A DNA stretch of 64,000 bases from Candidatus Omnitrophota bacterium (GCA_038222225.1 JBBRHV010000004.1:6778-70777); one strand, 5' to 3'. Positions 50,488 to 60,787 are shown, counted from the first letter of the stretch. Translations and numbers: made by a program. The notes: a model not told the origin generated them from the sequence alone.

Positions 50488-52335
50488 TTAAATTGCCTTA
50501 GGTATCTGAAACTTAAACGAGTTCCCCTTTAAGGCAGGTTCCACCCAAATTTTTCCGCCATGACGCTCCACAATTTCCTTTGAAATAAACAACCCGATAC
50601 CGGTTCCCTTCACGCTCTCCTGACCGCGATAAAGGATCCGTGAAAATTTCTTGAACAGCTTATCCATATCCACACTGGCGATCGGTTCCCCGTCATTATA
50701 AACTTCCACTTCGAACATGTCCGCATGGTCTCTGGCCAGAATCCTGATCTTCCCGCCGATCAATCCATACTTTACCGCATTACTCAATAAATTATTTACA
50801 ACGATCTGCATCAATCCCGGATCAACAACCACATGAAGTTCAGCATCCACTTTATTTGAAATTGTCAGATTTTTTTCTTCCGCCTGCTGTTGAATGGATT
50901 CTATCGCGGGATCAAACAAATGCTCCTTCAACAAGATTTCCTGTTTATCAACTTTGAGCTCGTCCTTTTCAATCCGGCTCAAGCTCAAAAAATTCTTTAC
51001 AGTAACAGTCAAATAGTCCAGATTCCGGGCCATGGACTTCAGGACATTTTCCTGTTTCTCATTGATTTCACCCAAAATCCGCTTGCGCAACAGATAGGTA
51101 TTGAGAACAATCGACGACAAAATCCCTTTCAGCTCGTGAGACACAAAACCAATCAAATCCAGGTAGCGTTTGTTCATTACCGCCAAGCGCTTATGCGTTT
51201 CCTCCAGACTTTTTTCACGTTCCCCCAGCTTTTCCGACATATAATTGATCGAATCCCCCAACTCCTTCATTTCATAAACACTGGATCCCGTCGTGTCAAT
51301 CTTGCTATCCCATTTTCCATGAGCGATTTTGACCGTTGTGCGGACCATTTGAGTCAACGGACGGATCATCGAATTGGCCAAAAAATATGCAAAAATCACC
51401 GTTGGGATCGCACCCATGAGGATAATCATAAGGAGCCCCAAAAACAATCGATCTCCTATCCTCTGAAATGGCTTTTCTAAAATGCCCACATACAGACTTC
51501 CAATAATATCGCCTTGGATATTCCGGATCGGTTCATATGCCGTGATATACCAATCCGTAACCACAAAAGCCCGATCCAACCAGGTTCCTCCCTGCTCGAC
51601 AACTTTCTTATACACCTCTTCCGAAATCCGTGTTCCAATCGCCCGATTGCCGTTTTCATCCAGAACATTCGTCGCCACTCTCACGTCATCCTCAAAAATG
51701 GTCACCGTTCCATAAGGCTTCCCATCGTACATCTTCTGCTCAAAAACAACATTGACGATGTGATCAATAAAATCAAAATTATTATTAATAATCTGTCCTC
51801 CGTAAAGGACCTTTTCCACCCGCCCCTCAGAATTTAGAATAGGCCTGGCAAATTCCATGCTCAAGGCGTCCAAAACCTGGGTACGCTTTGCCAGCCCAGC
51901 TTTCGGAGTCGGACGGACGTCAATGACCATTCCCGGCTTGATCAGCTGAAGCTCCTCCTTCCCTATAATACGAGTAGCCACAACCGGCTCTCCAGTCTCA
52001 AAAGCCAGCTGAACAATATCACTGGCAACTGTTCTTTGATCAGCAACATTAACCACCCCAATATAATCCAGGCCCAACTCCTTTTGAACAGCTTTGAGAT
52101 TTCCATCCGGATCGACAATATTAAAAGCGATTCTCATTTGGTTCAACTTCTCATTATAAACGCTGCGGATCGTGTTTAAATTCTGCGTAACCGTCTGCTG
52201 AGCCTCTGCAAAAATGTACCGCTTAACCACAAAAAAACCATAACCGGACATAAATAGACCCCAAAACAGAACCATTGAAATGATTCCGATGAGGATTTTT
52301 GACCAAATTTTAGTTGGCTCAATTCGATTATTCAT
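50488..52335 (-). CDS. sensor histidine kinase with periplasmic double-Cache domain, HAMP, HisKA, HATPase
   Basis: Two TM helices bracketing a ~280-aa periplasmic domain; H-box SHELKGILSSIV; N, G1, G2 boxes (GTGIGLFISKEIVERHGGKIWVE). ATG at 52335 preferred over the track's GTG at 52395. Confidence 0.85.
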   Translation of the reverse strand: MNNRIEPTKIWSKILIGIISMVLFWGLFMSGYGFFVVKRYIFAEAQQTVTQNLNTIRSVYNEKLNQMRIAFNIVDPDGNLKAVQKELGLDYIGVVNVADQRTVASDIVQLAFETGEPVVATRIIGKEELQLIKPGMVIDVRPTPKAGLAKRTQVLDALSMEFARPILNSEGRVEKVLYGGQIINNNFDFIDHIVNVVFEQKMYDGKPYGTVTIFEDDVRVATNVLDENGNRAIGTRISEEVYKKVVEQGGTWLDRAFVVTDWYITAYEPIRNIQGDIIGSLYVGILEKPFQRIGDRLFLGLLMIILMGAIPTVIFAYFLANSMIRPLTQMVRTTVKIAHGKWDSKIDTTGSSVYEMKELGDSINYMSEKLGEREKSLEETHKRLAVMNKRYLDLIGFVSHELKGILSSIVLNTYLLRKRILGEINEKQENVLKSMARNLDYLTVTVKNFLSLSRIEKDELKVDKQEILLKEHLFDPAIESIQQQAEEKNLTISNKVDAELHVVVDPGLMQIVVNNLLSNAVKYGLIGGKIRILARDHADMFEVEVYNDGEPIASVDMDKLFKKFSRILYRGQESVKGTGIGLFISKEIVERHGGKIWVEPALKGNSFKFQIPKAI

Positions 52336-52565
52336 ATTTTTTTGATAAATTTTCACAAATTTACAATAGTTTTCATATATCGTGAAATATTTCACTTTTA
52401 AATAAATAAAAAAATAAAGAACCCTTGCTCTTTATGTCAACGCTTCCATCAATCGTACTATTCCGTTACGATTAAGTATATAATAAAAAAATTTAAATTC
52501 AACAAAAATTATTTTTCAAATAAGAACCTTTCCGCCATTCAATCCATTCTATCGCCATGCCCGCC

Positions 52566-54110
52566 CTATTTTTTTTTAATCAAATAAAACATCCCCTTCC
52601 CAGCGCTTGAACCTCCCCTCACATCCTCCAAAACATACCGGTTCTTCAAAGTACTGCAAAAATCGTTTCTGTTTTGAACGCACCAATAGTCATCCACTAA
52701 AACCAATGGCCGGTCTTTTAAAAAGGAATTATAGGCGTTGTCATCCATCATATGCCCGATAAAAGCACTGGATTTGTCCATCGTTGTAATAATCGATGAC
52801 GGGTTATAACTGATGAATACATAACGCTCGTCAAAATTCTCCCCCTCTAAAAACATCTCTTGCTGCTCATCAAAAATATGAGGTGACAGTCCGATGAAAA
52901 CATAAGGAAAGCTCCAGAAAAAACTTAGCGCTGCCGCAAAAGCCAAAACACTAAAGACCAGCCGCCTGCTCTTAAAACAAAAAACGCCCCGCTGATAAAT
53001 ACCATAAAATCCCATAGCCGACCAAATGACGACTGGAAAATAAAATTGAAGATTCATTCGTTGAAAATGTCCCGTCATCCCTCGATGCATGAAGGAATAA
53101 AAGCACAAAAAGGAAGCAAAAAATAAAAATAGACACCAGAACATCGGCTTATTTTTCTTTAATGTCTCGTGAGCGCCCACGGCTGCCATAAAAACCCACA
53201 CGATCGGAATCGCCTCGTTCTTGACCCAAAACCACAAATGACTCATAAAGACATGCGCAATAGACATCTGCCAACCCTGCATCCAAAGCGTCTCATATGC
53301 CTTGATTGACACAATATATAAAAAATACGGGAGCAGTAAAATCGCGTAATCTAACATTTTGAAATAATAGCGTCGATCAATTTTTGCGAAGAAAACCAGC
53401 CCTGCCGCAAACAGCAATAGAATCAAGCCGTTTTCAGGCCTTAGCAGGAGCGTGAACGCCGTTACGGCCATGAACTGAACAAAAGACCGGTCATCCTTCC
53501 GTTGGGAAAAAATCAAAAATGAAAGAACGTTTAATAAAATGAAAAGGGATGACGCCATTTCCAAGGAAGAATTTCCGGAAAATTTTAAATGCAGCGGAGT
53601 AAATGCCAACAAACCTGCAGAAAGCAAGGCAACGGATTCTCTCTGCGTTATCAAATAGGCGATTAAAAACAAAACAACCACAGAAAGCGCGCCCAGAAAA
53701 ACATTGAAATTATACGCCACCGATTCTGAGGATCCCGACACATTAAAAACCAATGAGAGCAAAAAATGATATCCCGGCGTCCACTGAGGCAAATTTGAAG
53801 ATAGGCACTGCCCATCCAAGTACAGATCGCACCGGGCAAATTGCCTACTTTCAGCCATGTTTTTTGCAATATTGATATGCTCATACTCGTCATAAAACAC
53901 ATAATGCCGGTGCGGCACAACACCCCATCGCACAAAAAGCGCGAGAGAGAACAGCAGCGCCAAAATGACCCAATATTTTTTGGTCACATGCTGAAAGAGC
54001 ATCGCAGAACTTTTAAAATTGCGGAATACACCGAACATCAGAAATATGAACAAAGCAGCGCAGAAATAATACGTCAGCTGAATCAAATTGATTATGTTGG
54101 GGATCGCCAT
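52566..54110 (-). CDS. GT-C glycosyltransferase, ArnT/PMT-like (GT83/GT39 family)
   Basis: About 12 TM helices; YDEYEHINIAKNM in the first periplasmic loop (DE-x-RYAE-like); periplasmic C-terminal domain. Confidence 0.55.
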   Translation of the reverse strand: MAIPNIINLIQLTYYFCAALFIFLMFGVFRNFKSSAMLFQHVTKKYWVILALLFSLALFVRWGVVPHRHYVFYDEYEHINIAKNMAESRQFARCDLYLDGQCLSSNLPQWTPGYHFLLSLVFNVSGSSESVAYNFNVFLGALSVVVLFLIAYLITQRESVALLSAGLLAFTPLHLKFSGNSSLEMASSLFILLNVLSFLIFSQRKDDRSFVQFMAVTAFTLLLRPENGLILLLFAAGLVFFAKIDRRYYFKMLDYAILLLPYFLYIVSIKAYETLWMQGWQMSIAHVFMSHLWFWVKNEAIPIVWVFMAAVGAHETLKKNKPMFWCLFLFFASFLCFYSFMHRGMTGHFQRMNLQFYFPVVIWSAMGFYGIYQRGVFCFKSRRLVFSVLAFAAALSFFWSFPYVFIGLSPHIFDEQQEMFLEGENFDERYVFISYNPSSIITTMDKSSAFIGHMMDDNAYNSFLKDRPLVLVDDYWCVQNRNDFCSTLKNRYVLEDVRGGSSAGKGMFYLIKKK

Positions 54111-54211
54111 GCTCTTGAAACCATGGAGCCTCTGGCCGAATGCCGCAATGGCCAGACTCCTTTTTTCCTGTTAGTCAACTCTATGAAAAAACAATGAACC
54201 TTTTCTTTCGT

Positions 54212-54928
54212 CTACTCCCCCACCTCAAAAGAGATCACAACATTAAATGTTAAATCCGGATATTTTAAATCTTTGGGGAATGGCGGAAACGGCACAGACT
54301 CTTTAATGCTTCTTAATCCAACGCTCTTCAAAAACGAATTTGCCCGGCTGCGCTCATGGATAATTTGAACATCTTTCAACTCACCATTTGACGAGAGCAC
54401 AAAGGTCAAATAAACCTCCCCCGCTTCAAATCGGGGGTTGTCGACATAATAATAAGCCCGCTTTCGAATCTTGTCACGCACCTGCTCATGATACGTTAAA
54501 TACCGAGGATTGGTGATTTTCTCCGATTGCAACAAAGGAACAGCGATCTGTCGTTTCGCGCTCGAGGCAAGCGGCTTGGATAATGTTTTCTCTTGATCGG
54601 GGAGCTTGATCGGAGCCTTATCCAATGGCTTAAAGGGAACGTCAATGTCCAGTATTGGCTTAATCAATGCCTTGGGTGGATCTATTTTCTTTTTATCCTC
54701 CATGGCCTGCATTCGATCCGCACGAAAAACCTCCTGCTTCCGGCCTTGTTCAATCGCCTGATAAACAACTTCAATATCTTTCGCGGCTGAAACACGCTTT
54801 TTATAATGAATATTTGTCAAAAACGCCACTAAGACCAGGACGACATGAAACACCAGCGAAGTGACCAGCGCCCAACGAAAAATTTTTCGTTCCAAAGATA
54901 ATAAATAGTCATAGACCATCTTATTCAC
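54212..54928 (-). CDS. TonB-family energy transducer-like protein
   Basis: N-terminal TM helix, Pro/Lys-rich spacer, and a C-terminal TonB_C-like segment YLTYHEQVRDKIRKRAYYY...GEVYLTFVLSSNGELKDVQII. Confidence 0.5.
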   Translation of the reverse strand: MNKMVYDYLLSLERKIFRWALVTSLVFHVVLVLVAFLTNIHYKKRVSAAKDIEVVYQAIEQGRKQEVFRADRMQAMEDKKKIDPPKALIKPILDIDVPFKPLDKAPIKLPDQEKTLSKPLASSAKRQIAVPLLQSEKITNPRYLTYHEQVRDKIRKRAYYYVDNPRFEAGEVYLTFVLSSNGELKDVQIIHERSRANSFLKSVGLRSIKESVPFPPFPKDLKYPDLTFNVVISFEVGE

Positions 54929-55590
54929 CGAAAGAGCTTATTGATAAAAAATGCGATGAACCGCAGTGTGTCAACGCATGGGTTGATATTGCTTTTTTCG
55001 CCGGAATAAATGGTTTGGATGGAAACCGTTTCGATCTTAAAGCCAGCTCTGGCCGCCTCAATCAACAGTTCACTCTCGATCTGAAAACCGGTTGAGCGTA
55101 AACGCACCCGCCTTAGAACATCAACACGGATCAAACGAAAACCGCACTGGGTATCAGGAATGCGTTGCCTGCAGACCCACGAAATCAAAGCAGACATCAA
55201 TCGATTTGTATATACGCGGATTTTCGGCATGTTTTTGCAAGAAGACATCCTGGATCCGTTAATAATTCCACACTGCGGATCCTCCTGAAATTTTTTGACG
55301 AAGATCAAAAGGTCATCCAACGCATGCTGTCCATCGCCATCCATCGTTATGACCGCCTCGCACTCTTTTGATACCGCATACTGAAACCCATCACGCAAAG
55401 AAGCCCCTTTCCCCTTTCGAACATCATGACGAATAATATGCGCCCCATTCCGTCGGGCGATGTCCCCAGATGAATCCTTTGACCCGTCATCAACAACAAT
55501 CACCTCGAAACCCATTCGGCAGGCCCCGCTCACAATCTCACCGATATGTTCCTCTTCGTTTAAAACGGGAATAACGATATATGTGTTCAT
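54925..55590 (-). CDS. GT2 polyprenyl-phosphate glycosyltransferase (ArnC/DPM1-like)
   Basis: IVIPVLNEEEHI, VVDDGSKD, DGDGQH motifs. Confidence 0.8.
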   Translation of the reverse strand: MNTYIVIPVLNEEEHIGEIVSGACRMGFEVIVVDDGSKDSSGDIARRNGAHIIRHDVRKGKGASLRDGFQYAVSKECEAVITMDGDGQHALDDLLIFVKKFQEDPQCGIINGSRMSSCKNMPKIRVYTNRLMSALISWVCRQRIPDTQCGFRLIRVDVLRRVRLRSTGFQIESELLIEAARAGFKIETVSIQTIYSGEKSNINPCVDTLRFIAFFINKLFR

Positions 55591-56483
55591 GTGTTTATGA
55601 TCCTTTCCGGGCCGCTCTCCTGTTCAAACCAAAACCGCCTAAACATCATCCACTGAGCCGGATCCTTCCGCACCTCCCGCTCAATCATCTGGACCTGCTG
55701 ATCCAACACCCGGTCAACAAAGTCCTGTTCCGACATTTGCGGAGAATGAGACGGAAGGTCCAGAACCGGTCCAAAGGAAAGATAAAATGTATGGTCCGGC
55801 TTACGTCTCAAAAATGCAGGCAGAATAACGGAACCCGTACGATAAGCAAACAGCGCCGCCCCTTTAGGAATCATCATCGTCTTGCCGAATACCGTCCGCG
55901 GCTCACCGGTCACACTGAAATCCCGGTCTGCTAAAATGGCAACAATCCGGTTGTCCTTTAAATCTTTTAACCCGCGCCGAATCGCTAAGTGCGCCGGAAC
56001 AACTTTAACACCGAACTTTTCTCTTTGAGCATTAAAAAGTTCATTCACCGGACGTTCTTTGTGGGGAAGCGCGATCGCTGTGAACGGATACCCCAAGCAA
56101 CTGAGCACCAGCCCTCCCAACTCCCAATTTCCAATATGCCCTGTCAAAAGAACAACACCCCTTCCCTGTTCTAATGCCTGCGTCAGAAGGTCAAAATTTT
56201 GAAGTTCAATTTTACGGGCGATGAACTGGTCGTCGAGATCCTTACCCATACGGAAAAACTCCACCAAATAATAGGAGAAATGACGGAATACTTCCCGAGC
56301 AAGACGGAGAGCTTCCTTGCGATCACCGAGGATCTGTTCTAGATTGTCTATAACGGCAGCACGATCACGGAGAGAACAACGGAACTGAATATACGATATA
56401 AGATCAGCAATCCCGTAACACCATCGAGGGGGAAACATGCTAACGAACGTCAGAGCGAATCGATAAAGGAAGTATTTAAACAT
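55587..56483 (-). CDS. lipid A biosynthesis (Kdo2-lipid IVA) late acyltransferase, LpxL/LpxM family
   Basis: LPLAT-family architecture with the HxxxxD-type region LTGHIGNWEL. Confidence 0.65.
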   Translation of the reverse strand: MFKYFLYRFALTFVSMFPPRWCYGIADLISYIQFRCSLRDRAAVIDNLEQILGDRKEALRLAREVFRHFSYYLVEFFRMGKDLDDQFIARKIELQNFDLLTQALEQGRGVVLLTGHIGNWELGGLVLSCLGYPFTAIALPHKERPVNELFNAQREKFGVKVVPAHLAIRRGLKDLKDNRIVAILADRDFSVTGEPRTVFGKTMMIPKGAALFAYRTGSVILPAFLRRKPDHTFYLSFGPVLDLPSHSPQMSEQDFVDRVLDQQVQMIEREVRKDPAQWMMFRRFWFEQESGPERIINT

Positions 56484-56515
56484 AACCTCAAAGACTGCTT
56501 TCTTTAAAATAGAGA

Positions 56516-57667
56516 TTATTCCTTATCGGCCCCTGCATCATTCAGGATCAAATTTGCAATATCTAAAGCCGAATGCGGATGCGCATTTTCAAAGGCCGCC
56601 TTACTCATTTCACTCAAGCGCTCGGGAGACCTTAACAGTAGCTCAATCTCTTCGCCGATATCTGAATTCTTGTCAATCCGTATGGCGATATTTTTCTTTA
56701 AAAGATAGTCTGTGTTCCGCATCTCCTGCCCAGGCAACGGGTTTACGATGACCATTGGAAGACCTTTGGCTAAAGACTCGCTAGTCGTCATCCCTCCCGG
56801 CTTTGTAACAATGAGCGTTGAGACCTCCATGAGCTCGTCAACATTATTCGCATATTCATAGAAGATAACCTTCTTATTATATTTGTTCTTCTTGTGCGCC
56901 TTATTATCCAGCCACTTGCACAGCTTCTTATTCACGCCGGTTAAAACAATCATCTGCATCGGCATTTCGATTTTCATCAGGGATTTGACAACGCTCTTAA
57001 TAGGACCCAGCCCTTGCCCTCCCCCCATAATCAAAATGGTCGGAATCGTTAAATCCAGGCCCAACTGTTCAGCAATCGGCTTCTTGTCCAGCTGAATAGA
57101 AAATTTTTCTTTAATGGGAATGCCGTAAATCTTGATGCTGTCGGCGGCCACCCCTTTGGCGATAAAACGTTCTTTCGCCTCGGCAGATGGAACAATATAA
57201 TAATCCATCCCTTCATTGATCCAATACGAGTGCGGCGCATAATCGGTCAAGACGCCCACCACTTTAAAATCCAGTCCCTTAGCCAGTTTGTAGGCAGCCA
57301 CCATCCCGCATGGAAAGGCCTGCGTACAGATAACCACATCCGGCTTGTGGCGGCTAAACAAACGGTCCAGCTTAGTATGGCTGGTTTTATGTAAAAATTT
57401 CTTTATCGAAGCGGATTTTTTAACGATCTTTGGATTGTCATACAAATAATCCCAGACCTTTGGCGTTGTCTTGATCACGCTCATATAAGCGCCATTAACA
57501 ACTCTTTCGAGACGAGGATATGTATAACCAAACCCATTAATCGTCGGTGTTTCAACATTCGGATCCAGCTGCTTTAACGCCTTCTGAATGGCCATCGTCG
57601 CCTGGCGATGCCCGGAGACTTTCGTGATATACATCAACAAAACCCGCTTACTTCGATGAACGCTCAT
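56516..57667 (-). CDS. GT28 family glycosyltransferase (MGDG synthase / UgtP-like diacylglycerol glycosyltransferase)
   Basis: N-terminal MGDG_synth-like region and a C-terminal GT-B half (GGGQGLG, TKPGGMTTSESL). Confidence 0.65.
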   Translation of the reverse strand: MSVHRSKRVLLMYITKVSGHRQATMAIQKALKQLDPNVETPTINGFGYTYPRLERVVNGAYMSVIKTTPKVWDYLYDNPKIVKKSASIKKFLHKTSHTKLDRLFSRHKPDVVICTQAFPCGMVAAYKLAKGLDFKVVGVLTDYAPHSYWINEGMDYYIVPSAEAKERFIAKGVAADSIKIYGIPIKEKFSIQLDKKPIAEQLGLDLTIPTILIMGGGQGLGPIKSVVKSLMKIEMPMQMIVLTGVNKKLCKWLDNKAHKKNKYNKKVIFYEYANNVDELMEVSTLIVTKPGGMTTSESLAKGLPMVIVNPLPGQEMRNTDYLLKKNIAIRIDKNSDIGEEIELLLRSPERLSEMSKAAFENAHPHSALDIANLILNDAGADKE

Positions 57668-57680
57668 TTTAATGCCTTTG

Positions 57681-57920
57681 TTATGGTTCGATCCGCGCCA
57701 GTACAGAGCCGATCTGCACCGTCACGCCCGGATCAACACAAATTTCTTTGATGATCCCCGCTGCCGGTGAAGGGATATTAAAGCTCGCCTTATCCGTCAC
57801 AACCTCAACAATATCATCATCCTGTTCAACCTTGTCACCAATGCTCATGTGCCAACAGGCAACCGTTGCCTCCCCGATCCCCTCTCCCAATTCAGGTAAA
57901 ATAATATCACTCACTAGCAC
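57681..57920 (-). CDS. stand-alone lipoyl-attachment domain protein
   Basis: 79 aa, ILPELGEGIGEATVACW...GDKVEQDDDIVEVVTDKASFNIPSPAAGIIKEI: an E2-type lipoyl domain with the TDKA lipoyl-lysine motif and no catalytic domain. Confidence 0.75.
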   Translation of the reverse strand: MLVSDIILPELGEGIGEATVACWHMSIGDKVEQDDDIVEVVTDKASFNIPSPAAGIIKEICVDPGVTVQIGSVLARIEP

Positions 57921-57925
57921 TCCTC

Positions 57926-58555
57926 TTAAATTCCGCAGCTTTGAAAATGATCTAAAAAAATATTCCCTAGTATTTCTTTTGACTGGGCCATATCAACCTC
58001 CCGGCCCAAGCACTGCTCAACGGACGTCACTCCTTCCTCCAACCCGCAAGGCCGGATCAAGGAAAACAGGCCCAAATCTGTTCTGACGTTCACTCCAATC
58101 CCGTGATAGGCCACCCATTTACGCACACCGACTCCAATTGCAATCAGTTTGCAATTTTTTACCCAAACACCGGTTTTACCTGAAACTCTTACAGCCACTA
58201 TATCAAATCTCTGCAGGAAATCAATCCCAACCTGCTCTAATTGGAACAAATATTTGTGCAAATCCTTGCCTCTTCGTCCCAAATCCAGGATCGGATAAGC
58301 CACCAACTGACCTGGCGCATGGAGGGTCACATCACCGCCGCGGTCCGTCTCCACAACTTCAATTCCCTTTTTCTCAAAATCGTCAACCGAAGCCAAAAGA
58401 TTTGCCCTGGACGCTGAACGTCCCAAGGTCAAAACAGGCGAGTGTTCACATAAGAAGATCCGTTCTTCCCCCCCCTGAAGCACTTCAAAAACAGCCTGCT
58501 TTTGTTTCTGGCAAGCATGGCCATACTGTATCAATCCAAGATCTTCAACATACAT
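57926..58555 (-). CDS. lipB: octanoyl-[ACP]:protein N-octanoyltransferase
   Basis: RGGDVTLHAPGQLVAYPILDL and catalytic Cys region CGLEEGVTS; first ATG at 58555 (MYVEDLGLIQY). Confidence 0.85.
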   Translation of the reverse strand: MYVEDLGLIQYGHACQKQKQAVFEVLQGGEERIFLCEHSPVLTLGRSASRANLLASVDDFEKKGIEVVETDRGGDVTLHAPGQLVAYPILDLGRRGKDLHKYLFQLEQVGIDFLQRFDIVAVRVSGKTGVWVKNCKLIAIGVGVRKWVAYHGIGVNVRTDLGLFSLIRPCGLEEGVTSVEQCLGREVDMAQSKEILGNIFLDHFQSCGI

Positions 58556-58634
58556 ATGCGCTATTCCCAAAAAATCCTCAGCATTGAATGCGATCAATCA
58601 ACTAATACGCGCTATCCAACACTGAGGAATGATA

Positions 58635-59717
58635 TTATGACAACCGTGCGATAATGGCTGCTGCCATCTCCTGCGTCCCTACAGCGGTTGGATCATTGCG
58701 ATCGGGTTTCAGATCATAGGTCACATCCTTGCCGTCCCTCAAGACTTCAGAAACGGCGTTCTCCAGACGGTCCGCGGCCTGCGTTTCCCCGAGGTGACGA
58801 AGCATTAACACCCCGGAAAGGATAGTTGCCGTCGGATTGACCTTGTTTTGACCGGCATACTTTGGTGCAGAACCGTGGACAGGCTCGAACAACGCAATAT
58901 CATCGCCGATATTCGCACCGGGGGCGATCCCCAGCCCTCCGACCATGCCTGCGCACAAATCGGAAACAATATCCCCGTAAAGATTCGTCAGCGCCAGCAC
59001 ATCGTAAAGCTGCGGATTCTGAACAAGCTGCATGCACATATTATCGACAATAACATCCTGGAACTCAATCTTGCCCTTATATTCTTCAGCGACTTCCTGA
59101 GCTGTCCGGAGAAACAGCCCGTCGGTAAACTTCATGATATTGGCCTTATGGACCGCGGTCACTTTACGACGGTTGTTCTTGACGGCATACTCAAAAGCGG
59201 CTTTAACGATCCGACGCGAGCAAAATGCTGAAATCGGCTTAATGGAGATGGCGGAATTCTCCCGGATTTTTTTGACCGAAAGCGCGTTGATCTCCTTGGC
59301 GATCTTTGCGCACGCTTCGGTGCCACGCTCGAATTCGATACCGGCGTAAAGATCCTCGGTATTCTCACGAAAAATAACGACATCCAATTTTTTGCTGACG
59401 GCCTTCGTTCCTTCATAATATTTTACCGGACGCACACAGGCATACAGATCCAACGCTTGACGCAACGCCACATTCACGGAACGAAAACCCTTGCCGATGG
59501 GTGTCGCAATAGGACCTTTGATCGCAATTTTATTTTTCCGAACGGATTCCAAAACATGATCCGGCAGCGGGGTATTGAATTCTTTGATCGCAGCTTCCCC
59601 AACAACATATTCATCCCAATCAATCTTAACACCGGTCGCATCAACACATTTCTTCATTGCCATGGCCACTTCCGGACCGATGCCGTCACCCGGCAAAAGG
59701 GTTACTCTATATGACAT
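58635..59717 (-). CDS. isocitrate/isopropylmalate dehydrogenase family protein (probably NAD-dependent isocitrate dehydrogenase)
   Basis: [33 protein letters not shown] motifs. Confidence 0.75.
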   Translation of the reverse strand: MSYRVTLLPGDGIGPEVAMAMKKCVDATGVKIDWDEYVVGEAAIKEFNTPLPDHVLESVRKNKIAIKGPIATPIGKGFRSVNVALRQALDLYACVRPVKYYEGTKAVSKKLDVVIFRENTEDLYAGIEFERGTEACAKIAKEINALSVKKIRENSAISIKPISAFCSRRIVKAAFEYAVKNNRRKVTAVHKANIMKFTDGLFLRTAQEVAEEYKGKIEFQDVIVDNMCMQLVQNPQLYDVLALTNLYGDIVSDLCAGMVGGLGIAPGANIGDDIALFEPVHGSAPKYAGQNKVNPTATILSGVLMLRHLGETQAADRLENAVSEVLRDGKDVTYDLKPDRNDPTAVGTQEMAAAIIARLS

Positions 59718-59734
59718 AAACAGCTCCTCTTATT

Positions 59735-60787
59735 TTATCGGAATAACCTTCGAAACTCCTCGACATTCTTGACATGCGGTATCGCGTCCTCATACTTCAC
59801 CGCACCACTTTGGCATAATTCCTGCAGACATTTATCCAGCGTATGCATCCCATACGCGCTTCCGGTCTGAATCGCTGTCGGAAGTTGTTCAACGGCCTGT
59901 TCCCTGATCAGATTACGAACACCCGAAGTCGCGATCATGATCTCCGTTGCCAGGATTCGCCCGTCTCCTTCAGCCCTCGGTAAAAGAACTTGCGACAAAA
60001 CACCCTGCAGCGCGGCTGCCAACTGCAAACGCACTTGACTTTGCTGATGCGCCGGAAACACATCAATAATACGCTCAACCGTTTGAGGGGCGTCTGGCGT
60101 GTGCAGGGTCGCTAGAACCAAATGCCCGGTTTCGGCCGCCGTCAATGCCGTTGAAATCGTTTCTAAATCCCGCATCTCTCCGACGACAATAATGTCCGGG
60201 TCCTGCCGCAAGCATCGCTTAAGGGCTTCGGAAAAAGAATGCGTATCGCTGTAAACTTCCCGCTGTTTAATGATCGATTTCTTATTGAAATGGACATACT
60301 CGATCGGATCCTCGATCATAATGATCAGCGCTTTCCGCTCTTCATTGATCAAATTAATCATCGAGGCCAATGTTGTGGTTTTCCCTGTGCCCGTAGGACC
60401 GGTCACAAGAACCAGTCCGTTCTTTTTTCTTGCTAAATCAGCGACGATCGGAGGCAGCCCCAGTTCTTCCATATTCGGAATAAACAAAGGGATCCGTCGG
60501 AAAGCAGCTTCCACCGAGCCTCTCTGAATATGAACATTGACGCGGTAACGGTCCATCCCCGATAATGCGAGCGAAAAATCAAGTTCACGGTCTTCTTCAA
60601 ATTTTTCCTTCTGCCGGTCGGTCAGAATTCCGTAAATGACTTTTTTAAGCTGATCTTTGGTCAAAACTTCTTTATCCGTAACCCTTAATTCTCCATCAAT
60701 GCGCAAGATCGGCGGACTATCAAATGTCAAATGCAAATCAGAAGCCTTATTTTCATTGGCCAGCATAAGCAATTCTCTCAAATCCAT
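59735..60787 (-). CDS. pilT: type IV pilus retraction ATPase PilT
   Basis: Walker A VTGPTGTGKTTT, Asp box, Walker B IIVVGEMRD, His box LVLATLHT. Confidence 0.9.
   Translation of the reverse strand: MDLRELLMLANENKASDLHLTFDSPPILRIDGELRVTDKEVLTKDQLKKVIYGILTDRQKEKFEEDRELDFSLALSGMDRYRVNVHIQRGSVEAAFRRIPLFIPNMEELGLPPIVADLARKKNGLVLVTGPTGTGKTTTLASMINLINEERKALIIMIEDPIEYVHFNKKSIIKQREVYSDTHSFSEALKRCLRQDPDIIVVGEMRDLETISTALTAAETGHLVLATLHTPDAPQTVERIIDVFPAHQQSQVRLQLAAALQGVLSQVLLPRAEGDGRILATEIMIATSGVRNLIREQAVEQLPTAIQTGSAYGMHTLDKCLQELCQSGAVKYEDAIPHVKNVEEFRRLFR

Noticed and set aside
54125-54160. Imperfect hairpin GGAGCCTCTGGCC...GGCCAGACTCC just upstream of the GT-C glycosyltransferase start
   Set aside because: It has a bulged stem and no U-tract. 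It lies between co-directional genes 100 nt apart and is not distinguishable from chance secondary structure. Noted only as a possible RNA element.
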